Of a stretch of 64,000 nucleotides of DNA, positions 62,675 to 64,000 are shown one piece after another; positions within the stretch are counted from its first letter, which is position 1, and each line of letters starts with the position of its first letter. Source of the stretch: Bdellovibrionota bacterium (GTDB taxonomy: Bacteria; Bdellovibrionota_C; UBA2361; OMII01). The DNA lies in NCBI GenBank assembly GCA_044345405.1, contig JBIJBE010000005.1, positions 32,001 to 96,000 on the forward strand, written 5' to 3'. A program made the translations under genes and the position numbers. The notes beneath the pieces were generated by a model. It was not told the origin of the DNA. It saw nothing but the letters and a program-made list of their open reading frames with translations, and searched no databases.

Positions 62675-62714
62675 ATCGTGTAATACTCCTTCCTTAAAAT
62701 CTCTTTATCGTTAC

Positions 62715-63272
62715 TTAGGCTTCGTCACCCGCTGTCGCGACGATTACCTCGCCGCAGCGGATCAACTTGTCCTTGTAGTAGTAGGGCTTCTTCAGCTCGC
62801 CTACGATCACCCCGGACTCGGTTCCCGGCACTCGGCTGATCGCCGCGTGCTTTTGTGGATCGAACTGGGTTCCCACGCTCGAATCGCCCCGAATCTGCCA
62901 CTTGCCGAGCTTCTCAACGAAGAGCTTGTGGACCATCTCCAAACCAGTTTTGAGGCTGTCTTGGCTCGCCGAGGTGTGGGATAGCGCGAGTTCCAGGTTG
63001 TCCAGGACCTCGAGCATATCGACGACAATCTTCTCTCCTTGGTATTTAAGTAGCTCAGACTGCTCCTTCAAGGCCCGGCGCTTAAAATTTTCAAAATCAG
63101 CGGCGAGTCGAAGGTAGCGGTCCTTCGCGTCGGCGAGCTCGGCCTCAAGGCTCTGCGTTCCGTCGCCGGGCGTGGCCCCCTGTCCTTCATTAGTAACATC
63201 TTGATCTGGCTGGTTATTATCTCCGCCTACATCCATGGCATCGGCCTCTTCTCTTGACTGCTTCTTTGACAT
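62715..63272 (-). CDS. grpE: Nucleotide exchange factor GrpE
   Basis: YLRLAADFENFKRR, LEVLDNLELAL, FDPQKHAA; start placed at ATG 63272 (track start 63374). Confidence 0.93.
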   Translation of the reverse strand: MSKKQSREEADAMDVGGDNNQPDQDVTNEGQGATPGDGTQSLEAELADAKDRYLRLAADFENFKRRALKEQSELLKYQGEKIVVDMLEVLDNLELALSHTSASQDSLKTGLEMVHKLFVEKLGKWQIRGDSSVGTQFDPQKHAAISRVPGTESGVIVGELKKPYYYKDKLIRCGEVIVATAGDEA

Positions 63273-63357
63273 TCGTGGTCTTCGATTTGTATCGGGTCTC
63301 TCCCTGGCAGCTTGGGTAAAGCTGGAGGTATTCAGAACGATTAAAGGGCGACAACCC

Positions 63358-63408
63358 TTAAAACTTTCGGACACCGTGTGCTATAAACACTTGCCGAGGC
63401 TTTTTCAA
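63358..63408 (-). promoter_or_regulatory. grpE-dnaK promoter candidate with overlapping degenerate CIRCE-like site
   Basis: Minus strand TTGAAA-17-TATAGC; ATAGCACAC-N9-AAGTTTTAA matches CIRCE at 13 of 18 positions. Confidence 0.4.
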
Positions 63409-64000
63409 TGTCCACCCCTCAAAACGACTCACATATTCCCTCCGAACAGCTAAAAAGAGGCCAAGAGACTTCGGTTCCGGCGATCGTGCTCCGAGTCACC
63501 CCCTTTCGAGAGAGCGACCTTATCGGACACCTCCTCACACCGAGTATGGGAAAGATATCGGTCATAGCGCGCCACGCTCGGGGAAGCCGCAAACGGTTCC
63601 CAAGCTCCCTTGACCTCTTTGACCGTGGCACCGCCCGCCTCACCGTCGAGAAAAGCGGCGCCCTCGGCGTGAAGGAGTTCTCACCTTCGCACTCCCTCGT
63701 TCAGATTCGCCATGACCTCGATAAGCTCACCCTTGCTTCCCTTCTATGCGAAGCGTTCGACCTCGTTATCCCCGAGCACGGCGGGCACGCCACCCCTCAC
63801 CTCTTCGAACTCCTTGATCTCTCACTCAACGCGATCGATGAGGCGACGGATGTGAAAGGAAGCCTTCGAGCGACCTTCATCGCGCTCGCCTCACTGACGC
63901 AAGATAGCGGCATCGCTGATGTATCATCAGCGACACCGGGGAGTCGCGCGCTCTCACACCTGCTCGACACGATCGAGCGATTCTGCGAACGTCGCCTCAT
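63408..64000 (+). CDS. recO: DNA repair protein RecO (partial, runs off the right edge)
   Basis: Not in the ORF track; manual translation gives AIVLRVTPFRESDLIGHLLTPSMGKISVIARHARGSRKRFPSSLDLF. Confidence 0.88.
   Translation, partial: MSTPQNDSHIPSEQLKRGQETSVPAIVLRVTPFRESDLIGHLLTPSMGKISVIARHARGSRKRFPSSLDLFDRGTARLTVEKSGALGVKEFSPSHSLVQIRHDLDKLTLASLLCEAFDLVIPEHGGHATPHLFELLDLSLNAIDEATDVKGSLRATFIALASLTQDSGIADVSSATPGSRALSHLLDTIERFCERRL

Noticed and set aside
61877-62683. 268-aa + strand ORF
   Set aside because: In-register antisense shadow of dnaK.

Overview
Bacterial chromosomal window (Gram-negative: kdsA, lptC/lptA, mltA). The gene style and many secreted hydrolases suggest a Bdellovibrionota/deltaproteobacteria-like organism; this is inference, not a database result. 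Most of it is housekeeping: greB, a crotonase/acyl-CoA dehydrogenase/B12-mutase operon whose active-site residues point to isobutyryl-CoA mutase, hinT-sbcCD, tlyA, phoBR, rlmI, pyrG-kdsA-lptC-lptA, fabH, ssb, yceD, lon, grpE-dnaK-dnaJ and recO. Two edge-truncated genes are missing from the ORF track and were translated by hand: a >1100-codon minus-strand M48 metallopeptidase (<2..3382) and recO (63408..>64000). I found no rRNA, tRNA, CRISPR, transposase or prophage. The most unusual items are four. (1) A signal-peptide protein whose C-terminus looks like a catalytically dead, truncated tyrosine-recombinase domain (23202..24587). (2) An unannotated structured minus-strand unit (~35480..35780) encoding an 18-aa hydrophobic peptide behind a 17-nt perfect complement of the usual 16S rRNA 3' end. 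(3) A GGAG-type REP/REPIN family (11 copies in 4 clusters, with covarying stems), two copies of which carry a nested ~30-nt GCGAAGC-hairpin insert. (4) A second, hexamer-based inverted repeat family. All calls are by eye from motifs; no searches were run.
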